From NCBI GenBank assembly GCA_003222055.1, contig QHUT01000068.1, forward strand, positions 25,853 through 89,852: a stretch of 64,000 nucleotides of DNA, read 5' to 3'. Positions 54,590-62,047 of the stretch are shown here, one piece after another (position 1 is the stretch's first letter; each line of letters opens with the position of its first letter). This stretch comes from Gemmatimonadota bacterium (GTDB taxonomy: Bacteria > Gemmatimonadota > Gemmatimonadetes > Gemmatimonadales > GWC2-71-9). A program made the position numbers and the translations under genes. The notes beneath the pieces were generated by a model that did no database searches, was not told the DNA's origin, and saw nothing but the letters and a program-made list of their open reading frames with translations.

Positions 54590-57500
54590 ATGGCCTTCGA
54601 CCCGCTCCCGCAGCAGCGCCTTGCCATTGAAGCGCCGCTCGGCCCCGTCCTCGTGGTCGCGGGACCGGGCGCGGGAAAGACGTTCTGCCTCATCGCGCGT
54701 ATCAACCATCTCATCGCCACCCTGGGCGTGCCGCCCGAGCGCATCTGCGCCGTCACGTTCACGAATCGGGCGGCCGAGGAGATTGCCGTCCGTCTGAAGC
54801 ACACGCTGCGGGATCGTGCCGACGCCATCACGCGGGGCACGATCCACGCGTTGTGCCTCGCCCTGCTGCGGGAGCACGCCGAGGCGGCGGGCCTGCGGAG
54901 GGGGTTCGGCGTTGCCGACGAGCAGTACCAGAAGGTGATCCTGGGCCGGCTGCACGTGCCGCTCGAGCAGCGGGGATCGCTGCTGAACCGGTTCAGCCGG
55001 CATCGCGTGCAAAAGCGGGACTTCGAGCTGTCGGCCGAGGACGCGCGCCTGTTTCGCGAGTACGCCGTCTGGCTGGCGCACCGCAACATGGTGGACTTCG
55101 ACGACCTCGTCACCAAGGCCGAGCAGCTGGTGCGCACGCGGGGCGACATCGCCGACGCGATCGCCGCGCGCTGGGACTATCTCCTGGTCGACGAGTTCCA
55201 GGACGTGAACGCGGTTCAGTACGACCTCCTGAAGCGCCTCGCGGCGCCGCACGGCAACCTGTTTGCGGTCGGCGACGACGAGCAGTCGATCTTCACCTGG
55301 ACGGGGGCGGACCCGTATGTCCTGGTGCGGTTCGGCCGCGATTACGGGATCGAGCGACCCATCGTGCTGGACAAGAACTGCCGCTGCTCACGTCAGATCT
55401 TCGAGACCGCGCGGCGCGTGCTGGCGCAGAACCCCCAGCTGTTCGAGAAGCAGCTGAGCGCCGATCAGGAATCGCCGTACGACGTCGGCGCATTCACCTT
55501 CCGCGACGAAGAGGAAGAAGCCTCCTGGCTGATCGAAGACCTGCAGAGCGACCGCGCGGCGTCCGGCCTGGGATGGGGCGACTACGCAGTTCTCTACCGT
55601 AGGCACAAGCTCGGCGAGTACCTCGAGGGACGACTGCTCCGAGCGGGGATTCCCTGCCGGCTGGCGCGCGGCCGCTCGCTCGTCGAGGACGACGTCATCA
55701 AGTACGTGATCGCCGCGCTGCGGATCGTGCGCAATCCCGACGACGCCGTCGCGCTCGAGTCCTTCGCGCGCTGCGTGCTCTCGGCGCACTTCCTCCAGGA
55801 AGTGCTGGCCTCACCCCCGTTCCCCCTCTCGTCCTCACCCCCTGTCCCCCTCTCCGCTGATGCGGAGAGGGGGGACGCAGCCGACTTCCTTGCCGCCGTA
55901 CGCTCGCTGGCCCGGCGCCGGCCGGCGCAGGATCCCGACACGAAGAAGCTCTGGCGGCTCGTGTTCCAGGTCGAAAACCTCCGCGCCCTGCCTCGGTCGC
56001 ACCGCGCGTTGGCGCCGCTCGTCGATGAGATCCTCTCGCAGAGCGTCGGGCCCTACCGCAACGCGCTCGAGGAGCGGCACGACGAGCTCACCGACCCCGC
56101 CGATAGCCCCGACGCGGTGCGTCTCGCCGAGCGGCTCGCGGCGGCGATGGCGGCGGAGCAGGAGATCGTGATCGAGCCGCAGGGCGGGCTGGAGATTGCC
56201 TTGCGCGGGATGCTGATAGCGGCTGGTCTGCGTCACGTGCCAACCTCGACGACCGCCCGAACCTCCCCAACCCCCATCGCTTCCCCGCTCACCCTGTTCA
56301 AGGCGCTCCAACTGCTGCACTCGAAGGAGCTCGATACCGCGCTCGAGCGCTACGTCACCTTCGACCTGGAAACGACGGACAGCGACGTCGCCACGTGCGG
56401 TGTCGTCGAGCTCGGCGCGGCACGGGTCGTCAAGGGCGAGATCGTGGACCGGTTTCACACGCTGGTCCAGCCGTACCAGCCGATCTCGCCGCGGGCGAGC
56501 GCGATCCATGGCTACACGGATCGCGACGTGCAGAATGCGCGCTCCTTCGCCCAAGCGTGGCCCGAGTTTCGCGCTTTCGTCGGCAAGGACGTGCTCATCG
56601 CTCACAACGGCCAGCATTTCGACATTCCCGTGCTGCGCCGGCTCGCGGCCGGACAAGATGGAGTCGACGACCTCCTGTTCTACGACACGCTGCCGCTCGC
56701 TCGCTCTCTCTCCCGCGACAGCGCCAAGCTCGAGGACCTGGCCCTGCGGTTCGGGATCGACGCCGGGCGGGCCCACCACGCGTTGGACGACGCGGTCACG
56801 CTGGCCCGGGTCTACCGCGAGCTCGAGCGCCTGCGGGAAATTCGGGCGCGCAAGGCGGTGCTGGTCAACCTGCTCGACTACCTCGGATTGGCCTTGGCGC
56901 TGGAACAGGGACCGGGCAGCGGGGAGCGGGATCTGCTGTTCAAGCTCGCAAAGTTCTACACGTTGGGCCGATACAGCGATGCCCTGGCGTACTACGCGAT
57001 GGAGCGCGAGCGCACGGGTGGGGCGGCGCCTGCGGTCGACGAGGTGATCGAGCGGCTGGGCGGGCGCGCGCTCATGACACACCTCCGTGCCGAGCCCGAC
57101 CCGGCGCAGCGATATCCCGCCGCGGTGGCGCGCTTGCGGGCGCTGATGGACGGGCCCTCACCCGGTTCCTCACCCCCTGTCCCCCTCTCCTCGTCAAGGT
57201 CCTCACCCCCTGTCCCCCTCTCCACTACGTGGAGAGGGGGAACGCTCGAAGAAAGTATCGATCGCCTGCTCGAGCGCGTGGCGCTGTCCACGTCGGAGGG
57301 CATCGAGGTCGCGCCCGATCGCGTCAACCTCCTCACGCTGCACTCGACCAAGGGGCTGGAGTTCTCGCGCGTGTACATCGTGGGAGTGGAGGATTACCAG
57401 ATCCCGGGCTATCGCGAGTCGACGGAGAAGCGGCAGGCCGAGATTCAGGAGGCGCGGAGGCTTCTGTATGTGGGTATGACGCGGGCGCGGCAGCGGCTGG

Positions 57501-57610
57501 TGCTGACGCGGGTCGAGCGCCGGTTCGGGATGGAGGCGGGGGGAAGTACGTTCCTCGAGGAAATGGAGTTGGAGGTACAAGACGTGGCAGCGCCCGGAGC
57601 GAAGCCCTAG
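54590..57610 (+). CDS. UvrD/Rep-family helicase with an internal DEDDh (DnaQ-like) 3-prime-5-prime exonuclease domain
   Basis: Helicase motifs are AGPGAGKT, TFTNRAAEE, VDEFQD, GDDEQSIF, LHSTKGLEF and YVGMTRAR. The exonuclease motifs at about 56351-56824 are FDLETT, AHNGQHFDIPVL and HHALDDA. Confidence 0.9.
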   Translation: MAFDPLPQQRLAIEAPLGPVLVVAGPGAGKTFCLIARINHLIATLGVPPERICAVTFTNRAAEEIAVRLKHTLRDRADAITRGTIHALCLALLREHAEAAGLRRGFGVADEQYQKVILGRLHVPLEQRGSLLNRFSRHRVQKRDFELSAEDARLFREYAVWLAHRNMVDFDDLVTKAEQLVRTRGDIADAIAARWDYLLVDEFQDVNAVQYDLLKRLAAPHGNLFAVGDDEQSIFTWTGADPYVLVRFGRDYGIERPIVLDKNCRCSRQIFETARRVLAQNPQLFEKQLSADQESPYDVGAFTFRDEEEEASWLIEDLQSDRAASGLGWGDYAVLYRRHKLGEYLEGRLLRAGIPCRLARGRSLVEDDVIKYVIAALRIVRNPDDAVALESFARCVLSAHFLQEVLASPPFPLSSSPPVPLSADAERGDAADFLAAVRSLARRRPAQDPDTKKLWRLVFQVENLRALPRSHRALAPLVDEILSQSVGPYRNALEERHDELTDPADSPDAVRLAERLAAAMAAEQEIVIEPQGGLEIALRGMLIAAGLRHVPTSTTARTSPTPIASPLTLFKALQLLHSKELDTALERYVTFDLETTDSDVATCGVVELGAARVVKGEIVDRFHTLVQPYQPISPRASAIHGYTDRDVQNARSFAQAWPEFRAFVGKDVLIAHNGQHFDIPVLRRLAAGQDGVDDLLFYDTLPLARSLSRDSAKLEDLALRFGIDAGRAHHALDDAVTLARVYRELERLREIRARKAVLVNLLDYLGLALALEQGPGSGERDLLFKLAKFYTLGRYSDALAYYAMERERTGGAAPAVDEVIERLGGRALMTHLRAEPDPAQRYPAAVARLRALMDGPSPGSSPPVPLSSSRSSPPVPLSTTWRGGTLEESIDRLLERVALSTSEGIEVAPDRVNLLTLHSTKGLEFSRVYIVGVEDYQIPGYRESTEKRQAEIQEARRLLYVGMTRARQRLVLTRVERRFGMEAGGSTFLEEMELEVQDVAAPGAKP
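55809..55876 (+). repeat. Intragenic palindromic repeat element, copy A
   Basis: A degenerate unit (55809-55830) is followed by the perfect 23-mer CCTCACCCCCTGTCCCCCTCTCC (55833-55855). Then come an 8-nt loop and GGAGAGGGGGG. It is translated in frame as SPPFPLSSSPPVPLSADAERGD. Confidence 0.85.
57168..57241 (+). repeat. Intragenic palindromic repeat element, copy B
   Basis: The same 23-mer occurs twice (57168-57190 and 57201-57223). Then come a 7-nt loop and GGAGAGGGGGA. It is translated in frame as SSPPVPLSSSRSSPPVPLSTTWRGG. Confidence 0.85.
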
Positions 57611-58116
57611 TCCTTCTTCCAGGCGCCGAGCAGGCGTCGCAACAGAACGAGCTGGCCCAGGTGGTACGAGTTGTGGTCGGCGAGCACCAGCGCTTCACGC
57701 AGCACGGTTTGTCCGGTGCCGTGGGGAATGCGGGCAAACAGGTCGGTCTTCGGGTCGGCCACGAGGCGCTGCATGGCGCGCAGGTCGCGCTCCACCTGGG
57801 CCACGCTCGCGTCCCAGGCGGCGGCCTCTGGCGGGGCGTCGTGCTCGGGCCAGTAGCCCGCCGGCCACTCCGGAGAAACGTGCTCCTCGCTCTTCGTGAA
57901 CTCGACGATGTCCCACTGCGAGATGCGGACGTGCTCGAGCAGGCGCCACGGCGTAAAGGGCTGCCCGGCGGGTCTCGTGCCCCGGAGCGCGCCCGGCCAA
58001 TCGGCGAGCGCGTCCCGGAAGGTGACGTGGGCGTGACCGCCGCGCAGCAGCTCGAGCACGTGGTCGCGGACGGCGCCACGTGGATCGGTGCGCCGCGGCT
58101 TGCGTTTGACGGGCAT
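57607..58116 (-). CDS. DinB-fold (DinB_2-like) protein
   Basis: It has His-containing helices (HVLELLRGGHAHV and ADHNSYHLGQLVLLRR). GGAGG lies upstream of ATG 58116. Confidence 0.75.
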   Translation of the reverse strand: MPVKRKPRRTDPRGAVRDHVLELLRGGHAHVTFRDALADWPGALRGTRPAGQPFTPWRLLEHVRISQWDIVEFTKSEEHVSPEWPAGYWPEHDAPPEAAAWDASVAQVERDLRAMQRLVADPKTDLFARIPHGTGQTVLREALVLADHNSYHLGQLVLLRRLLGAWKKD

Positions 58117-58165
58117 GCAAGGCCTCCTGGGCTTCTGGCGCAGCCTTGAAGTTACCACCCACCGT

Positions 58166-58192
58166 GATCCCCGGGCTGGCGCCCGGGGTCAG
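58166..58192 (-). repeat. REP-like palindromic element, copy 3 (inverted orientation)
   Basis: CCCCGGGC-TGGC-GCCCGGGG, between the DinB start and the ogt stop. Confidence 0.75.
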
Positions 58193-58203
58193 TTGGGTCC
58201 GGT

Positions 58204-58722
58204 TCAGGCCCTTCCCAGCATCAGCAGCACGCCCTCGTGCTCGAGCAGCCAGCGCTTTCGATCGAGGCCGCCGCCGAAGCCCGTCAACTCCCCGCGCGCG
58301 CCGACCACCCGGTGGCAGGGAACGATGATAGGGATGGGATTCTTGCCGTTGGCGGCGCCCACGGCGCGCGTCGCGTGCGGGTCGCCGAGCCGCAGCGCCA
58401 GCTGGCCGTAGCTGGTGGTGGCGCCATAGGGAATGGTGCGCAGCAGGTCCCAGACGCGTCGCTCGAATGCCGAGCCGGCGGCGTCGAGCGGCAGGTCGAA
58501 CGTCGTGCGAGTCCGATCGAAATACTCGGTCAATTGCCGGCGGACGCGCGCCAGCAACGCGCCGGCGGGACCGCGGCCATCGTCTTCCACCCACCCCGGC
58601 TGCTCCTCGGGTGCAGCACGGTTGCGGTGGACCGGAAAGAACACTCCCTTTAGGGCGGTGTCCGAGGCCGCGAGGACGAGTTCGCCAACGGGACTGGGGA
58701 AGCGCGTGAACGTGATGGGCAT
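58204..58722 (-). CDS. ogt: Methylated-DNA-protein-cysteine methyltransferase
   Basis: The active site is IPIIVPCHRVVG, with the preceding YGQLA and NGKNP motifs. Confidence 0.9.
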   Translation of the reverse strand: MPITFTRFPSPVGELVLAASDTALKGVFFPVHRNRAAPEEQPGWVEDDGRGPAGALLARVRRQLTEYFDRTRTTFDLPLDAAGSAFERRVWDLLRTIPYGATTSYGQLALRLGDPHATRAVGAANGKNPIPIIVPCHRVVGARGELTGFGGGLDRKRWLLEHEGVLLMLGRA

Positions 58723-58772
58723 GGGCGGTGATTGCTTAAAGGTAGCCGCGCGTCTCGACCGGGGAATGCAAA

Positions 58773-58800
58773 GGGCCGCCCGGCAGACGCCGGACGGCCC
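58773..58800 (-). terminator. GC hairpin 3-prime of the secreted-protein gene pair
   Basis: GGGCCGCCCGGC-AGAC-GCCGGACGGCCC, with one mismatch in the stem. Confidence 0.5.
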
Positions 58801-58829
58801 CCACTACGATTGAAAGAGCGCCGCTGGCT

Positions 58830-59549
58830 TCAGGGACCGACGGAGCTCGTCGCGGAGCCGACGATGATCTCGCCGGTCGTCGTCGGGATACCGCCGATCA
58901 CCTGGCCGGTGAGCGGATCGACGGTCCCACCCGTCATGCTCTGCAGGTACACGTGGATCATGTTCACGGTCAGGCCGCTGCTCGTCACACCATCACCGGT
59001 GGGGATCTGCTCGTTCAGCACGACATAGCCGACCCCGGGAAGGCTCTGCTGGGTGTTGGGGGCGACGGCCGCGTCCCCGGACGTCACCGGCACGCCGGCC
59101 ACCGTGAGGTTCGTGAACGTCGAGCCGTCGGCGTTGCTGAACGCACCGCTTTGGCCGGCGCTGCTCATGACGTTGGCGACCACTTCATCCGCCGTGATCA
59201 GTCCGTTCAGGATGTTCACACTCGCCGCGCTCGACGTGCTCTGCGCGCCCGCCTCTGCGGACCCGATTTCACCCGACGTGACGCTGTTGAGGAAATCGGA
59301 CGACAGGGCGCCCGCCACGTTCAGCGCACTTCCTTCGGCGTCCGCCTCGGCGCCGTCGGTGCCCGAAACAGCCGGGAGCACCGCCAGTGGCGACTGACTA
59401 CTGGAACCGAGCGGCGTGTTGACGTACGTGCTGTACGCCTGGCCACCCACCGACTGGGCGCTGCCCGCCGCCGCGAGCCCAGCCACGAGCCCGACGACGA
59501 GCCCGAGGACCGCGAGGCGGTTCACCCAATGCATGGTCTTGCCGTTCAT
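58830..59549 (-). CDS. Secreted Ser/Gly/Thr-rich protein, possibly of the choice-of-anchor P type
   Basis: It has a signal peptide (LAVLGLVVGLVAGLAAAGSAQS) and low-complexity beta-rich sequence. The family name is recalled from memory and not verified. Confidence 0.6.
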   Translation of the reverse strand: MNGKTMHWVNRLAVLGLVVGLVAGLAAAGSAQSVGGQAYSTYVNTPLGSSSQSPLAVLPAVSGTDGAEADAEGSALNVAGALSSDFLNSVTSGEIGSAEAGAQSTSSAASVNILNGLITADEVVANVMSSAGQSGAFSNADGSTFTNLTVAGVPVTSGDAAVAPNTQQSLPGVGYVVLNEQIPTGDGVTSSGLTVNMIHVYLQSMTGGTVDPLTGQVIGGIPTTTGEIIVGSATSSVGP

Positions 59550-59607
59550 CAGTTGACTCCTTCCTTATGACTCCTAGTGCCCAATGAGCTTGGATGGTGC
59601 CGCGTGC

Positions 59608-60282
59608 TCAGGACCCGTGCTCCACGATGTTCCCGCCGGTCAAGTACGTCATGCCCGTGTCCCCGTGACCCGCGGTCCGCCAGCGCATCGCATCGCTGCG
59701 GGTGTTCTGTCGCCCGCCGCGATCGTTGTCGCAGACCTCGAATTGGACGCCTTCACGGCCCTGTCCCGGGTTGACGCGCGCCGTCATGTCCGGGATGCCC
59801 ACCACGACACACACGCCCCCCCGATGACCATCGGAGAACTCATTCGCATACACTGGCCTACCGTCGTAGGCATCGACCCCGTCGTGGATCGACACGTGCC
59901 AGGCGAGCTTCAAGGCGTGACCGTTCACTTCGATCTCGCCCTTGGTCACGATGCAGTTCCCGTTCCCGTCCTGCCCGAGAAACACGTTGAACCCGAACGT
60001 GACCTTGCCGGTCATGTAGGGGGGCGGGTTCGGGGCTGCGGGTTGGCCTCCAGCTGGCTCATCGACGTTATCATAGTTTGACGCCGCCCGGTCGCCTGTG
60101 GGGTCGATACGCCCACCGCCCGTCCACTTCCCGGTGACGCACTGTGCCGGGGGTGGCGTGAACCAGAAGCTCGGGCGCTTCGGCGCCATGTTGACGTTCG
60201 GCTGGTCGGTACACGCCGCGGCCAGCAGTCCGGCCGCAAGGAGGCTCGGCCAGACGATCAGGGTTCCGTGTTCTCGCATCAT
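59608..60282 (-). CDS. Secreted lipoprotein with a divergent copy of the conserved C-terminal domain (family member 4)
   Basis: It has a lipobox (LLAAAC), then GKWTGGGRI...VTFGFNV...FEVCDNDRGG...LTGGNIVEHGS. Confidence 0.65.
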   Translation of the reverse strand: MMREHGTLIVWPSLLAAGLLAAACTDQPNVNMAPKRPSFWFTPPPAQCVTGKWTGGGRIDPTGDRAASNYDNVDEPAGGQPAAPNPPPYMTGKVTFGFNVFLGQDGNGNCIVTKGEIEVNGHALKLAWHVSIHDGVDAYDGRPVYANEFSDGHRGGVCVVVGIPDMTARVNPGQGREGVQFEVCDNDRGGRQNTRSDAMRWRTAGHGDTGMTYLTGGNIVEHGS

Positions 60283-60622
60283 GGGCGTTCTGCCCTCTCT
60301 GTTGACGATTCCCGCCAGTGTACGGTTCGTGTCACACACTGCGCGACCGATCAAGGAGGCAAGGGCAGTGCCAGCGACGTATCGGAATGAATCACGTCAG
60401 GGCGTGAGAGATACGTATGGCGTTGCGACACCGCGCCGCCGCGCGTGGGGCACAGATGCGTTGCGCGCTCCCCCGACGCAGCAGCGCCGCGGCGCGGCTC
60501 GCGCGACCCTGCCACCGACCATCGCTGTTGCGGGTGTGCACGGAGACGCCTCGAAGGTCCGCGGCGCGACACCGCTTCGCGGGCGGTGCAGCTGAGGTTC
60601 GACCGAGCAAAGGAGGTCCATC

Positions 60623-61186
60623 GTGGAACCGACCGCAGTGTCGCCGTTCGCCGCCTGGGAAAGCTTCTACGTGATCGTCGGCTCGTCGGGCGCGGCGTTA
60701 ACCGGTCTGCAATTCGTGGTGGTCGTGCTGGGCGCCGAGGCACGCTCGATCGGCCCGGAGGTAGGCGCCTTCGGCACGCCCACGGTCGTCCACTTCTGCG
60801 CCGCGCTGCTCATGTCGGCGATCCTGAGCGTGCCGTGGCGCGCGGTCTCAAACGCCGGGCTCGCCCTCGGCACCGTGGGTGTAGCGGGAATCGTGTACAT
60901 GGCGATCGTCATCCGGCGGGCGCGGAGGCAGATGAAGTACGTGCCCGTGCTGGAAGACTGGCTGTGGCACTGCGCCTTTCCGCTCATCGCGTATGTGACG
61001 CTGCTCGGCGCGGCGCTCGTGCTGTGGCGCGATCCCCCGCGCTCGCTCCTGGTCATTGGCGCGACGGCGCTGTCCCTCCTGTTCATCGGCATTCACAACG
61101 CGTGGGATGCCGTCACCTACATCGCCACGCAGCAGCCGCAGCACGAGGAGGGTGCGCGGGACCGCAAGAAGGGTCAGTCAGGTTGA
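60623..61186 (+). CDS. Integral membrane protein (about 5 TM)
   Basis: The start is GTG, preceded by AAAGGAGG, and hydrophobic helices run throughout. Confidence 0.6.
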   Translation: MEPTAVSPFAAWESFYVIVGSSGAALTGLQFVVVVLGAEARSIGPEVGAFGTPTVVHFCAALLMSAILSVPWRAVSNAGLALGTVGVAGIVYMAIVIRRARRQMKYVPVLEDWLWHCAFPLIAYVTLLGAALVLWRDPPRSLLVIGATALSLLFIGIHNAWDAVTYIATQQPQHEEGARDRKKGQSG

Positions 61187-61211
61187 ACCCCGGGCTTGCG
61201 CCCGGGGTCAG
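61185..61211 (-). repeat. REP-like palindromic element, copy 4, acting as a convergent-gene hairpin
   Basis: ACCCCGGGC-TTGC-GCCCGGGGT. It abuts the stop at 61184-61186 and overlaps the nadC stop at 61208-61210. Confidence 0.8.
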
Positions 61212-62047
61212 TCGACGACAGGGAGGATATCCACTCGGATCGGCGCCGCGGGGGCCGAGTGGGTGAGCGCGCCGATCGAGATCAGCCGCGCTCCGGCCTC
61301 GGCGTAGGCGCGCGCGGTCTCGGGGGTGATGCCGCCCGACGCCTGGACGGTCACCTCCGGCCCGGCGCGCCGTACCCACGCGGCCACGCGTTGGGGCGGC
61401 TGGTTGTCGACCAGGATGTGGCGCACGCCGGCGGCAAGGGCCCGTTCGAGCTGCGCGTCGTCCTCGACTTCGACGACGACCGGCACCCCGGGGGGAGCCG
61501 CCCCGAGCGCCCGGGCGAGGTCCCCCGACCCGAGCAGCGCCCAGTGGTTGTCCTTCCAGAGCACGGCCGCCGCGAGCGAGCGGCGATTCTCCACGCCGCC
61601 GCCCACCGTCACCGCGTAGGTCTCGAGCGCGCGCAGACCCGGCGTGGTCTTGCGCGTATGCGTGACGTGGGCGCGCGTTCCCGCCACGGCTTCCACGACG
61701 CGGCGCGTGAGGGTCGCGACGCCCGACAGGCGCTGCAAGAAGTTGAGGGCGACGCGCTCGCCCGAGAGCAGCGTTGCCGCGCTCGCCCGGGCGCGCGCGA
61801 GCACGACGCCGGGCGTTACCCGGTCGCCTTCGGCGCACAGCGCTTCGACGCGCGCAGCGTGCTCGAGCTCCGCGTACACGAGCGCGACGAGCGGGAGGCC
61901 CGCGACCACGAAGCGGCCCTCGGCCACGAACTGGGCGCACGCAGGACGGCGCGCGGCCGCGCCGAGCAGGCGGGTGGTGACGTCGTCCGCGGCGCGGTCT
62001 TCCTCCAGGGCCCGGCGGACGGCGTCGCGGTGGGGCGACTCAGCCAA
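61208..62047 (-). CDS. nadC: Nicotinate-nucleotide pyrophosphorylase (carboxylating)
   Basis: It has TRKTTPGLRALE, KDNH and GGI motifs. Confidence 0.9.
   Translation of the reverse strand: MAESPHRDAVRRALEEDRAADDVTTRLLGAAARRPACAQFVAEGRFVVAGLPLVALVYAELEHAARVEALCAEGDRVTPGVVLARARASAATLLSGERVALNFLQRLSGVATLTRRVVEAVAGTRAHVTHTRKTTPGLRALETYAVTVGGGVENRRSLAAAVLWKDNHWALLGSGDLARALGAAPPGVPVVVEVEDDAQLERALAAGVRHILVDNQPPQRVAAWVRRAGPEVTVQASGGITPETARAYAEAGARLISIGALTHSAPAAPIRVDILPVVD

Noticed and set aside
50449-57610. Assignment of the helicase module to Gabija (UvrD-like GajB), DISARM (SNF2 DrmD) or Zorya (SNF2-like ZorD).
   Set aside because: The obligatory partners are absent from the window. These are the OLD/TOPRIM GajA for Gabija, DrmA/DrmB/methyltransferase/PLD for DISARM, and the ZorAB motor proteins for Zorya. 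A shared helicase superfamily alone is not diagnostic.
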